Positions 10,520 through 19,590 of a DNA stretch of 32,000 nt are shown in pieces. Under the pieces are notes generated by a model. That model saw nothing but the letters and a program-made list of their open reading frames with translations. It searched no databases and was not told the DNA's origin. Each line of letters opens with the position of its first letter. The stretch's first letter is position 1. Source of the stretch: an uncultured Chitinophagaceae bacterium (lineage in GTDB: Bacteria; Bacteroidota; Bacteroidia; Chitinophagales; Chitinophagaceae); assembly GCA_963845495.1 (NCBI GenBank), contig CAWJTH010000039.1:33676-65675 (forward strand), written 5' to 3'. The position numbers and the translations under genes were made by a program.

Positions 10520-10642
10520 TTACATTTTGTGGTGCATAGGGCGGTGATGCCTGTGGTGCCTACGATGGTGACGATGAGCTGGTTGGGCAAAAGATGCCAC
10601 TGTGAAAAGTATGGCGACTACGGCCAAGATTGCTTTTTTCAT
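10520..10642 (-). CDS. Small secreted His/Arg-rich peptide (40 aa), not in the ORF track
   Basis: Hand translation gives MKKAILAVVAILFTVASFAQPAHRHHRRHHRHHRPMHHKM*. It has a typical Bacteroidota signal peptide (..ASFAQ) and its own terminator at 10461-10488. The opposite-strand ORF 10529-10714 has no such features. Confidence 0.45.
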   Translation of the reverse strand: MKKAILAVVAILFTVASFAQPAHRHHRRHHRHHRPMHHKM

Positions 10643-10839
10643 ATTTTAAAAATTTTTGAGGTGATGAAGATAAGGGCAAAGCCATTTGCTAACAAAAAAA
10701 CATTTGTTGTTTAACCGTTGTTAACCTTAAATTAAAAAAAATTATTGATAAAAAACTTAGGTCTTTACCATAGCCAATAATTTTTGAAACGAGAACAGAA
10801 CTTATAGATTTTTGGAAACATGCCGTATTTAACATCCAT

Positions 10840-10847
10840 TACCTTTG
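10840..10847 (+). promoter_or_regulatory. Candidate -7 promoter box (TACCTTTG) directly upstream of the DsbA-like gene
   Basis: Exact TAnnTTTG match ending 4 nt before the ATG at 10852, suggesting a leaderless or near-leaderless mRNA. Motif match only. Confidence 0.3.
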
Positions 10848-10851
10848 CCAA

Positions 10852-11502
10852 ATGACCCCAACAATTTATTATATCTACGATGCATACTGTGGGTGGTGTT
10901 ATGGATTTAGCCCAGTTATGAAAAAATTATACGACAATTATAAAGAGTCGTTTGCCTTTGATGTATTAAGCGGGGGCATGATTTTGCCCGAAAAGCCAGT
11001 ACACATCAGCACTGTGGCCGAATACATAAAAGCGGCTTATCCAAAGGTGGAAGAATTGACCGGCATAAAATTTGGCAGCGATTTTCTGTGGCATGTCAAC
11101 AACCCTGGAGAAAGTGACTGGCATTTGAACAGTGAAAAATCGGCCATTGCATTGTGTATTTTTAAGGAAATTTATCCGGAACGGGCAGTTGAATTTGCTG
11201 TAGATTTAGAATATGCTTTAAATTTTGAAGGTCGTGATTTATGCGATGATGAAGCTTATCGGCATTTGTTAGAAAAATATGGGCTGGATGAAAACGACTT
11301 TTACGCCAAACTAAAAGACGAGGTTTACAAGGAATTGGCCTATCATGAATTTGAGATCGTAAAAGAATTGGGCATTACAGGTTTCCCATGCGTATTGTTA
11401 CAAGTAGATGAAACCAACTTTTATGCCTTGGCAAATGGATTTGTTGATTATGAAACCTTGGAAGAACGAATGAAAAACGTGTTGAAAGAAACGGCAGCGT
11501 AA
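10852..11502 (+). CDS. DsbA-like thioredoxin-fold protein
   Basis: 216 aa. An N-terminal CGWC (CxxC) redox motif sits in YDAYCGWCYGFSP, and a C-terminal GITGFPCVLL lies before the final helix. This is the layout of a DsbA-family thioredoxin fold. Confidence 0.8.
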   Translation: MTPTIYYIYDAYCGWCYGFSPVMKKLYDNYKESFAFDVLSGGMILPEKPVHISTVAEYIKAAYPKVEELTGIKFGSDFLWHVNNPGESDWHLNSEKSAIALCIFKEIYPERAVEFAVDLEYALNFEGRDLCDDEAYRHLLEKYGLDENDFYAKLKDEVYKELAYHEFEIVKELGITGFPCVLLQVDETNFYALANGFVDYETLEERMKNVLKETAA

Positions 11503-11545
11503 TGAGAGCTATTCATAACATAAGTATTGGGTTATAGATATTTCG

Positions 11546-11705
11546 TAGTGTCTCAGTTTGAAATTTAATGCTTGGATCGTAAAGCAAAAATTAAGCAATA
11601 CCTCCATTCAGTGTTTCTGTGCCTCAGTGGCAAACCAATATTTGCCACAGAGGCACAGAAACACTGAAACTTTTAATGCTCAAACTTCAAACTGAGACAG
11701 AACAC
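11546..11705. mobile_element. 160-bp MITE-like palindromic element, copy 1
   Basis: Outer inverted repeats are tagtgtctcagtttgaa and ttcaaactgagaca. The inner stem is about 22 bp (gtttctgtgcctcagtggcaaa / tttgccacagaggcacagaaac, one mismatch). It is close to identical to 28647-28806. The flanks atatttcg (11538-11545) and atattttg (11706-11713) match at 7 of 8 positions. Confidence 0.6.
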
Positions 11706-11935
11706 ATATTTTGCATTTGTTATTAAATTAATTTTAAATCTTATGACAAAGCTTTTTATTGGTAGTAAATAAATTCATAGCCGTATAAAATGTGTTACAC
11801 ATTTTTAATTTAAAGAAGCCATTCACATCTCCTTTCAAATATCTTTTTTACCATTATTTATGCCATGTTTATACGTTAAAAAAGGATTGAAACAGTATGA
11901 ATATGTTTCAAAATAAAAAAAGCAAGTTGAAACCA

Positions 11936-12040
11936 GTAGGAAACTATTTCTTAGGCGTAAGAAACTGTTTTGTAACCGTAGGAAATAGTTTCTTAGGTGT
12001 AGGAAATGATTTCCTGGCCCTAAAAAATGATTCTTCAAAC
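11936..12040. repeat. Five tandem degenerate 21-bp repeats, each with a palindromic core
   Basis: The units are gtaggaaactatttcttaggc, gtaagaaactgttttgtaacc, gtaggaaatagtttcttaggt, gtaggaaatgatttcctggcc and ctaaaaaatgattcttcaaac. Unit 4 contains the perfect palindrome ggaaat-g-atttcc. Confidence 0.7.
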
Positions 12041-12201
12041 TAAAATATCTCTTCAAAACAAACACAAGATAAAGTTTTGCAAATTAGAATTGAAACAAGC
12101 AGAAGACAGAGTGAAAAATTGTCATCTCTAAAAGTTATCTCCCTAAAAAATATTTGTGGAAGCAAATAATTAGAAATGATTTGGGAAAAAAATGAAAAAG
12201 A

Positions 12202-13512
12202 GTGGCTTATAGCATAGCTAATTGGTCAAATACTTATCTTTCGTTCATGAAAATCTTTCTTTTAATTCCAATATTATTGTTTCATTTCTCGGTTCAGGCA
12301 CAACAAACCGATTCGTTTTATTTGTTAAAACCCGACCGGGTTTTTGATGGCGAAACGATGCACACCGATTGGATAGTTTTGGTAAAAGGAAATAAAATAG
12401 AAGCAGTTGGCACTATGCAATTGAAACTGCCTGCTACAACAAGAATTATTGAAATGAAAGGCACTACGCTTTTGCCAGGTTTGATTGAAGGGCATTCTCA
12501 TTTGTTTTTGCACCCTTATAATGAAGTTAGTTGGACTGACCAAGTGCTAATGGAAAGCCGTGCCGAACGAACCGCAAGAGCTGTAACCCATGCCAAAGCC
12601 ACGCTGATGGCGGGTTTCACCACCGTTAGGGATCTTGGAACAGAAGGTTCGATGTATGATGATGCGGGTTTAAAACAAGCGATTGAAAAAGGTGTAATTC
12701 CTGGCCCAAGGATGATTGTAGCTACACGTGCTATTGTGGCAAATGGAACTTATCAGCCCAATTATAAAAATGCCGACCTTGATTTGCCACAAGGTGCGGC
12801 AGAAGTGGGCGGCATGGAAGAAATGTCGAAAGAAGTGCGTACTCAAATTAGTAAAGGCGCCGACGTTGTAAAATTATACGCTGATTATCGTTGGGGCGAA
12901 AACGAACAATCTGCACCCACATTTAGTATTGAAGAAATTGCCTTGGCTACGAGTATTGCAAAAAGCGGCGGCCGACAAACAGTAGCTCATGCATCAACAA
13001 AAGAAGGAATGCGCAGGGCTATTTTGGGCGGTGTTTCCACCATAGAACACGGCAATGACGGCGACGACGAAATTTTTAAATTAATGAAAGAAAAAGGGGT
13101 CGCTTTTACGCCGACGCTTGCTGCCACCGAATCTACATCGGAATACAAAGGGTGGAAAAAAGGAATTGATCTTGAACCGGAAAAGGTAACGGCAAAAAAG
13201 AAAAGTTTTCAATTAGCTTTAAAAAATGGCGTTACCATTTGCATGGGCGGCGATGTGGGCGTTTTTGCCCATGGCAACAATGCAAAGGAAATGGAATTGA
13301 TGGTAGAATATGGCATGAAACCTAGTGAGGTACTACGTTCCGCCACTTTCGTAAATGCCAATGTTTTTGGCTACGGCGACCAGCTAGGCAGTATAAAAAA
13401 AGGAATGTTGGCAGATATAATTATGGTAAAAGGCGACCCATCTGTACATATCAAAGACATTCGCAATGTGGTTTTTGTAATGAAAGATGGAGTGATTTAT
13501 AAGGAATTCTAA
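12202..13512 (+). CDS. Secreted metal-dependent amidohydrolase family protein
   Basis: 436 aa. The HxH metal motif is in LIEGHSHLF, with later conserved His/Asp positions (VAHAST, TIEHGN, GGDVG). The track start is a GTG. The ATG at 12247 gives the signal peptide MKIFLLIPILLFHFSVQAQ and is the more likely start. Confidence 0.85.
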   Translation: MAYSIANWSNTYLSFMKIFLLIPILLFHFSVQAQQTDSFYLLKPDRVFDGETMHTDWIVLVKGNKIEAVGTMQLKLPATTRIIEMKGTTLLPGLIEGHSHLFLHPYNEVSWTDQVLMESRAERTARAVTHAKATLMAGFTTVRDLGTEGSMYDDAGLKQAIEKGVIPGPRMIVATRAIVANGTYQPNYKNADLDLPQGAAEVGGMEEMSKEVRTQISKGADVVKLYADYRWGENEQSAPTFSIEEIALATSIAKSGGRQTVAHASTKEGMRRAILGGVSTIEHGNDGDDEIFKLMKEKGVAFTPTLAATESTSEYKGWKKGIDLEPEKVTAKKKSFQLALKNGVTICMGGDVGVFAHGNNAKEMELMVEYGMKPSEVLRSATFVNANVFGYGDQLGSIKKGMLADIIMVKGDPSVHIKDIRNVVFVMKDGVIYKEF

Positions 13513-13583
13513 TTTTTTCAAGATGCTGTTTTTCTACCGTAACAATTGTCATAATTTTACTTTACTATTAAATTTTAAATAAA

Positions 13584-13769
13584 ATGGAAATGATTTCTGT
13601 TAATCCACCACTTAGTAACGTACAAGTTGAATTGTTAAATCTTTTTAAAATTGAATTGCCTGATGCACAATTGCTGGAATTAAAAAAAGTGATGTCAAAA
13701 TTTTTATTGGATAAGGCAAGAGACAAAGCTGATGCTATTTGGGATGGAAAAAAATATACTGATTTGTGA
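13584..13769 (+). CDS. Small hypothetical protein (61 aa), antitoxin-like helical protein without a partner
   Basis: MEMISVNPPLSNVQVELLNLFKIELPDAQLLELKKVMSKFLLDKARDKADAIWDGKKYTDL. From memory, the pattern resembles small Bacteroidota addiction-module-component-like proteins. No downstream toxin ORF is present. Confidence 0.4.
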   Translation: MEMISVNPPLSNVQVELLNLFKIELPDAQLLELKKVMSKFLLDKARDKADAIWDGKKYTDL

Positions 13770-13814
13770 AACTACTTTAATATTCCTCAATTTTCTTTCC
13801 TACAATAAATGATA

Positions 13815-13850
13815 AATCCGTAGTTATCAAATAACTGACAACAACGGATT
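13815..13850 (-). terminator. Possible terminator hairpin downstream of the quinone oxidoreductase gene
   Basis: aatccgt (13815-13821) pairs with acggatt (13844-13850), and an inner gttat/ataac stem is also possible. On the minus strand a T-rich tract follows. Confidence 0.4.
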
Positions 13851-13875
13851 ATTAGTAATTACGGTATTCAATTTT

Positions 13876-14829
13876 CTAATTTATTTCCAAAACAACTTTG
13901 CCATTTATACCGCCGTTTGAAACCAAATCTTGCGCTTCTGCTGCTTGTTCTAATTTTAATGTTTTGGCAATGTGAGATTTGATTTTTCCATCTTCCACTA
14001 GTTTTTTTCCAAATTCTAATTTTTTGAAAGAAGGGGTTGAACTTATAAACTGTGCATGAACGCCAAATTTTTCTGCCGATGCGGGAGGCGGAGGCATTAC
14101 AATGCTGATTAAATGACCACCTTTCTTTAAAACTTCAAACGATTTGGCTTGTGTTTCGCCACCAACGGTGTCTACTACCAAGTCTGCATCTTTTACCAAT
14201 GTGGCAAAGTTTTGCGTTTTGTAATCGATCACTTCATCCGCGCCAAAGTCTTTAGCTAATTCAATACCATTACCAGACGCTGTGCCAATTACGTAAGCAC
14301 CAATAGCTTTTGCCATTTGTACCATAACGCCGCCAACTGCGCCGGCAGCACCATGTATTAATACTTTTTGTCCTTTTTCCAGTTTAGCAGTTTCTACTAA
14401 AACACTATAAGCCGTAACAATGGGCACAGCCAAAGCAGCAGCTTCGTTGATTGAAATATTTGACGGCTTTATAGCCACTTGGGCCTCGTTTAATGCTACG
14501 TATTCAGCGTAAGTTCCACCAAATGTGGTGGCGAAAACTTCGTCGCCAACTTTTAACCTTGTTACTTTATCTCCAACCGCATCCACCACGCCAGCCAAGT
14601 CTGAGCCTGGAATACTTGGAAATTGCGTAGGGATTTGATCTTTCATTGAACCCGAACGCACTTTCATGTCAAACGGATTTACCGTAATAGCACCAACTTT
14701 TATCAGCACTTCGTTTTCTTTAAACGAAGGTTTGTCAATTTCCGTTAATTTTAATACACTAGAATCGCCGTAGTTTGAGAACTGTATTGCTTTCATTTTC
14801 TTTTGTTTAACGATGTATTTGAACAACAA
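13876..14829 (-). CDS. NADPH:quinone oxidoreductase / zinc-type alcohol dehydrogenase superfamily (MDR) protein
   Basis: Starts MKAIQFSNYGDSSVLKL...; GDEVF; Rossmann motif LIHGAAGAVGGVMVQMAK; C-terminal GKVVLEI. The likely start is the ATG at 14796 (M12 of the track ORF). Confidence 0.85.
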   Translation of the reverse strand: MLFKYIVKQKKMKAIQFSNYGDSSVLKLTEIDKPSFKENEVLIKVGAITVNPFDMKVRSGSMKDQIPTQFPSIPGSDLAGVVDAVGDKVTRLKVGDEVFATTFGGTYAEYVALNEAQVAIKPSNISINEAAALAVPIVTAYSVLVETAKLEKGQKVLIHGAAGAVGGVMVQMAKAIGAYVIGTASGNGIELAKDFGADEVIDYKTQNFATLVKDADLVVDTVGGETQAKSFEVLKKGGHLISIVMPPPPASAEKFGVHAQFISSTPSFKKLEFGKKLVEDGKIKSHIAKTLKLEQAAEAQDLVSNGGINGKVVLEIN

Positions 14830-14881
14830 ATTAAACCGTAGTTAGTTGTAACAGTTTTACACGCCTTTTTATAAAAACAAT

Positions 14882-15862
14882 TTAATAATCATATACTTCA
14901 GGGTTAATTGGAAAAGGAATCCGTTCTCCTTTCAATCCGGCAATAATATTTTTAGCTGCCATTTCGGCCATTGCATTTCTTGTTTCAAATGTGGCAGAGC
15001 CGATATGCGGCAGCACACAAACGCTTGGCATATTTAATAATGGATTGTCTTTTTTCATGGGTTCGGGATTTGTTACATCTAACCCTGCACCCCAAATTCT
15101 ATTGTTTTGTAAGGCTTCAATTAAATCATTTTCGTTGTGAATTCCGCCCCTTGCGGTATTAATAAAAATGGCAGAACTCTTCATTTTATTAAAAGCGGCG
15201 GCATTAAATAATTCTTTTGTTTCTGGCGATAAACTTGTATGTACAGATAACACATCGCTGTATTGCAACAATTCATCAAACGACACATATTTAGCATTTA
15301 AATTTTTTTCCGCTTGCTCATTTCTATTTCTATTATGATAAATTATTTTCATGCCATAAGCACCAATACATTTTTTAGCCAACTCAAACCCAATCCGTCC
15401 CAAACCAAAAATACCAAGCGTTTTATTATTTAATTCAATACCTAAATTAGCTGTTGGCTGATAAAATTTCCACTCATCTTTTTGTATGGTTTTATTTAAA
15501 TAAAATGCCTTACGAGAAACGGCCAACATCAATAAAAAAGCAACATCAGCCGTTGCGCCGCTTAAAACACCAGGCGTATTCCCAATAGCTTTTTTTAATT
15601 TATTGGCAGCAGCAATATCTACATTATCATAACCAACAGAAAGCAACGCAATAGCTTTTAAATGATCGCATTCTTTTAAAAAGTATTCGTCAATTTTATT
15701 ATTGCCCACACTTAATAATGCATCGTAATTTTTACAAGTTGCTATTAATTCTTGTTGTGTTAAATCATACAATTCGGTATGTTGTGTAATTGTACATCCG
15801 GCGTCTTTTAGTAATTCCAAACCTTTATCTGGTATTACTCTCGTAACAAAAACTTTCATCAT
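14882..15862 (-). CDS. D-isomer-specific 2-hydroxyacid dehydrogenase (glyoxylate/hydroxypyruvate reductase-like)
   Basis: 326 aa. NAD-binding GIFGLGRIGFELAKK and the catalytic region FINTARGGIHNENDLIEAL...GAGLDVTNPEP...LPHIGSAT. Confidence 0.9.
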   Translation of the reverse strand: MMKVFVTRVIPDKGLELLKDAGCTITQHTELYDLTQQELIATCKNYDALLSVGNNKIDEYFLKECDHLKAIALLSVGYDNVDIAAANKLKKAIGNTPGVLSGATADVAFLLMLAVSRKAFYLNKTIQKDEWKFYQPTANLGIELNNKTLGIFGLGRIGFELAKKCIGAYGMKIIYHNRNRNEQAEKNLNAKYVSFDELLQYSDVLSVHTSLSPETKELFNAAAFNKMKSSAIFINTARGGIHNENDLIEALQNNRIWGAGLDVTNPEPMKKDNPLLNMPSVCVLPHIGSATFETRNAMAEMAAKNIIAGLKGERIPFPINPEVYDY

Positions 15863-15941
15863 TTTTATTTAATGAATTTATAAATGAATTACAATCCCAC
15901 TTTTAATAAATCAATAAAAAATTATAAAAGGCGAACTACAA

Positions 15942-17132
15942 TTAAGCTAGAACAATATTAATTTTAGTTTGTTTTCTATAGCCAACCAATGCAACCAACA
16001 AGGCTATTAATCCCCAAATTAATAATTGCGATGTTACCATATTCCAACCACCTAATTTCCAACATTGCACACCAATAAATGTACCTATTGCACCGCCGAT
16101 AAAATAAATGGTCATATAAACGGTATTTATCCTACTGTGTGCGGTTGCATCAAGCGTATAAATAGTTGCAACATTGGTAACTTGGGTTGCTTGCACGCCA
16201 ATATCTAACAATAAAACAGCAGCCATTAAAGCAGCTAAAGAAGTGGGTAAAAATTTAATTAATAAAACACCAACAATTAACATGCAAACAGTAATTACTT
16301 GCGATTTTGCGGGGTTACCTTTATCGGCCAATTTACCAAAAATAGGTGCCAATAAAGCCCCGCCAATGGCTAACAAACCAAATAAACCAATTATATTAGC
16401 ATGATAATTAAATGGCGGGTTGCTTAAATGAAACGTAAGCGTCGTCCAAAAAGAACAAAATGCGCCAAATACTAAAGCGCCCAAAAATGCCGTTCTTCGC
16501 AGTAAAGCAAACCTTGTAAATTGAATGATTGTTGATTTAAGCAATGCAACATAATTACCTTGAAATGTTTTTCCAGCAACGCTTGGCAACGAAAATTTAA
16601 TAAATAGCATGGTAATAAAAACCATCATCGCAGAAATGCCATATACGTAACGCCAACCAAACCATTCAGCAATATATCCGCTAAAAACCCTTGCCGCTAA
16701 AATGCCAATTAAAATACCGGTAAATATAGTTCCAACATTTTTTCCACGGTTTTCTGTATCCATACTAGCGGCCATTGGCAATATTACTTGTGCGGCAACC
16801 CCCAGTAAACCAATCAATAAACTCATTACATAAATACCGATAATGTTGGTAAAAAAAGAAGTGCCTAACAACACACAGATAATTGCTAATTGTAGCAAAA
16901 GAATTAATTTTTTACGGTCAGTTTTATCGCCGAGCGGCGTAATAAAAAACAGCCCTAATCCATAGCCAGCTTGTGCCAGCACCGCAATAATACCAACTTC
17001 ACTTTCTTTTGCATTAAAGCTTGCGCCAATGTTTTTTAATATGGGTTGATTATAATAAATATTGGCCACGCACACACCTGCGGTTACGGCCATCACAATT
17101 AATTGCGACTTCGTCAGACCTTTATTTTCCAT
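15942..17132 (-). CDS. MFS transporter
   Basis: 396 aa and about 12 predicted hydrophobic helices. The MFS loop motif GDKTDRKK lies after TM2, and a second half-repeat motif LADKGNPAK is present. Confidence 0.85.
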   Translation of the reverse strand: MENKGLTKSQLIVMAVTAGVCVANIYYNQPILKNIGASFNAKESEVGIIAVLAQAGYGLGLFFITPLGDKTDRKKLILLLQLAIICVLLGTSFFTNIIGIYVMSLLIGLLGVAAQVILPMAASMDTENRGKNVGTIFTGILIGILAARVFSGYIAEWFGWRYVYGISAMMVFITMLFIKFSLPSVAGKTFQGNYVALLKSTIIQFTRFALLRRTAFLGALVFGAFCSFWTTLTFHLSNPPFNYHANIIGLFGLLAIGGALLAPIFGKLADKGNPAKSQVITVCMLIVGVLLIKFLPTSLAALMAAVLLLDIGVQATQVTNVATIYTLDATAHSRINTVYMTIYFIGGAIGTFIGVQCWKLGGWNMVTSQLLIWGLIALLVALVGYRKQTKINIVLA

Positions 17133-17144
17133 AATGTGAAGATA

Positions 17145-17275
17145 GAGCTGTTAGCTATGAGCCATGAGCTGTTAGCAATTAAAAATTTGAGATTTGAGAA
17201 ATTAATTAATTTATGAAGATCACAACATGGTAAGGGCTAAAAGCTAACAGATCAAAGCTCATAGCTGGCTTTAGC
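17145..17275. repeat. Heptamer-periodic inverted-arm element B (sequence-related to element A)
   Basis: The left arm is gagctgt|tagctat|gagccat|gagctgt|tagc (17145-17176). The right arm is gctaaaa|gctaaca|gatcaaa|gctcata|gctggct|ttagc (17236-17275). It shares agctatgagc and aaagctcat with element A. The right arm overlaps the last 8 codons and the stop codon of the CDS ending at 17252. Confidence 0.6.
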
Positions 17276-18209
17276 CACCCATTCTTTAATCGCATTTACG
17301 GTATCTTCAAAAAATAATTTGTAGGTATTTTCTGTAACAAAACCAATATGTGGCGTTCCTAAAACATTGGGCAATGTTCTAAATATATGATTTTCCGGCA
17401 GCAATGGTTCAATATCAAAAACATCAAGCGCAGCGCCCTTAATTTTATTATTTTTTAAAACATTAATTAAAGCGGCTTCATCTACCAGCGGCCCTCTTGA
17501 TGTATTAATAAAATAAGCTGTCGGTTTCATTAAAGCAAAATCACCGGCATTTATAATTCCTTTTGTCCGTTCGCTTAAAACTAAATGCACAGTTATAAAA
17601 TCAGCTTCTTTAAATAGAATATCTTTTGTAACTAATTTTGCACCAGGCTTCATTTGCTTTTTCTTCCGTAAGATTAGTACTCCAAGCAATTACCTCCATG
17701 TCAAATACTTTGGCGTAAGCGGCTATTTTTTTACCGATATTTCCAAGTCCTACAATACCAATTGTTTTTCCTTTTAAATCAACGCCTACTGTTGTTTGCC
17801 AACCACCATTTTTAAAACTTATATTTTCGGAAATAATATTTCGGGCCAATGCCATTAATAAAGCCCAAGTTATTTCTGGCGCTCCGCTTGATAAATAACC
17901 TGTATTTATTATTTCAATATTTAAATCTGCAGCGGCTTCTTTATCAATCGATGCATTTCTTCTGCCAGTTGAAACAATTAATTTTAAATTAGGCAATTGC
18001 GATAATATTTCTCTTGTCAATGGTGTTCTTTCCCGCATCGCACAAATAATTTTAAAAGGTTTTAAGCGTTCGATTAATGCGGACGTTTCATTTATATGAT
18101 CATTAAAAACAGTTATTAAAATTGCATCATTTAATGTTGACCAATCAGCCATTTTTAAAGCCACATTTTGGTAGTCATCTAAAATGGCAACTTGATATTT
18201 ATTTTCCAT
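17252..18209 (-). pseudogene. D-isomer-specific 2-hydroxyacid dehydrogenase interrupted by a single frameshift (pseudogene or sequencing error)
   Basis: Two overlapping ORFs cover the locus. 17610-18209 carries the N-terminal and NAD-binding part (GIVGLGNIGKKIAAYAK). 17252-17689 carries the catalytic part (FINTSRGPLVDEAAL...GAALDVFDIEP...TPHIGFVT). The frames join sensibly as ...EEKANEA|GAKLVTKDILFKEADF if one base is removed near 17641-17650. Confidence 0.75.
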
Positions 18210-18323
18210 TGTATTGATAAGTAATTAAAAAATTATTCAGAAATTAAAGCTAAAAAGTTTAATTTAATTTAAAAAAAATCAATTAAAAAAGCCACTTCAT
18301 TAAGCGGCATTTTTTAAAATTAA

Positions 18324-19382
18324 TTAGGCTATTGTTATTTCTTTTGCTAAATATACATCTTGCACCATGTTTAAAAAATCAACGCCTTCAGCAAACGGCC
18401 TTTGAAAAGCCCTTCTTCCCAAAATAGTTCCCATGCCGCCGGCACGTTTATTTATAATTGCATTTTTTAATGAATCAACCGTGTCGGCTGCACCTTTTGA
18501 TTCGCCGCCAGAATTAATTAATCCAATGCGCCCCATATAACAATTGGCCACTTGGTACCGGCATAAATCAATTGGATGATTGGTGGTTAATTTATCATAC
18601 ATCAACGGATCACTTTTTGAAAAATTAATGGTTGTAAAACCGCCATTCACATCAGGTATTTTTTGTTTGATAATATCTGCCTGGATGGTTACACCAATGT
18701 GGTTTGCTTGGCCTGTAACATCCGCGGCCGTTTCGTAGTTAATGCCATCTTTTTTAAATGCATTATTGCGGGTATAGCACCATAAAACTGTTGGCAATCC
18801 TAAATTATGGGCTTCTTCAAACGCTTTTGCCACCTCAATAATTTGTTTGTCCGATTCTTCTGAACCAAAGTAAATGGTTGCACCAACCGCAGCTGCACCA
18901 AGGTTCCAAGCATCTTTTACAGACCCAAACATAATTTGATCATATTTAACCGGATAAGTCAATAACTCATTATGGTTTAATTTTACCAAAAAAGGGATTT
19001 TATGGGCGTATTTTCTGCTCATTAATGCCAAATTGCCAAACGTAGTTGCCACCGCATTTGAGCCGCCTTCCATTGCCAACTTTATAATATTTTCCGGATC
19101 GAAATACATCGGATTTTTGGAGAAAGAAGCACCGGCGCTGTGTTCAATTCCTTGATCGACCGGTAAAATAGATAAATAGCCTGTGCCTGCAAGCCTGCCG
19201 TGATTAAAAATGGCTGCTAAATTGCGTAATACTTGCGGGTTTCGGTTGCTTTGCAACATTATGTCATCAATGTAATTGGGCGATGGCTGGTGTAATGATT
19301 CCTTCGGAAACGTATTGCATTGATGCTTCAATAAGGTATCAGCTTCATCGCCCAACAGTGCTACCATTTTTTCAAAATTCAT
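18324..19382 (-). CDS. fbaB: Class I fructose-bisphosphate aldolase (FbaB / DhnA type)
   Basis: 352 aa, and it matches my memory of E. coli FbaB along its whole length: [70 protein letters not shown] terminus. Confidence 0.9.
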   Translation of the reverse strand: MNFEKMVALLGDEADTLLKHQCNTFPKESLHQPSPNYIDDIMLQSNRNPQVLRNLAAIFNHGRLAGTGYLSILPVDQGIEHSAGASFSKNPMYFDPENIIKLAMEGGSNAVATTFGNLALMSRKYAHKIPFLVKLNHNELLTYPVKYDQIMFGSVKDAWNLGAAAVGATIYFGSEESDKQIIEVAKAFEEAHNLGLPTVLWCYTRNNAFKKDGINYETAADVTGQANHIGVTIQADIIKQKIPDVNGGFTTINFSKSDPLMYDKLTTNHPIDLCRYQVANCYMGRIGLINSGGESKGAADTVDSLKNAIINKRAGGMGTILGRRAFQRPFAEGVDFLNMVQDVYLAKEITIA

Positions 19383-19590
19383 TTTGTTTAGCTTTTATTT
19401 TTTCTAATGTCATTTCCATTTTAAAGGTAAATGAATTGCCCGCAATTTTTATACTAACCCCATTCAGTCAGGGTGTTGGTATGAATATTAACAGTTCAAC
19501 TAAACTAAACATATTGGTTAAGGAACCGTTTAAACAAACAATCGATTATCTATTTATAATGGAAAAGTATACGCTAAATTCACAACGTCT

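Noticed and set aside
10529-10714. 61-aa plus-strand ORF
   Set aside because: The composition is implausible and there is no terminator or promoter context. The opposite strand encodes a signal-peptide-bearing small ORF with its own terminator.
11835-12065. 76-aa ORF with NHFLRLRN-type repeats
   Set aside because: It is a read-through of the 5 x 21-bp tandem DNA repeat. The periodic peptide and the absence of any signal favour a non-coding repeat.
17252-18209. Treating 17252-17689 and 17610-18209 as two separate genes
   Set aside because: Each ORF holds only half of a single 2-hydroxyacid dehydrogenase fold, and the junction is restored by a 1-nt change. It is therefore called a frameshifted gene.
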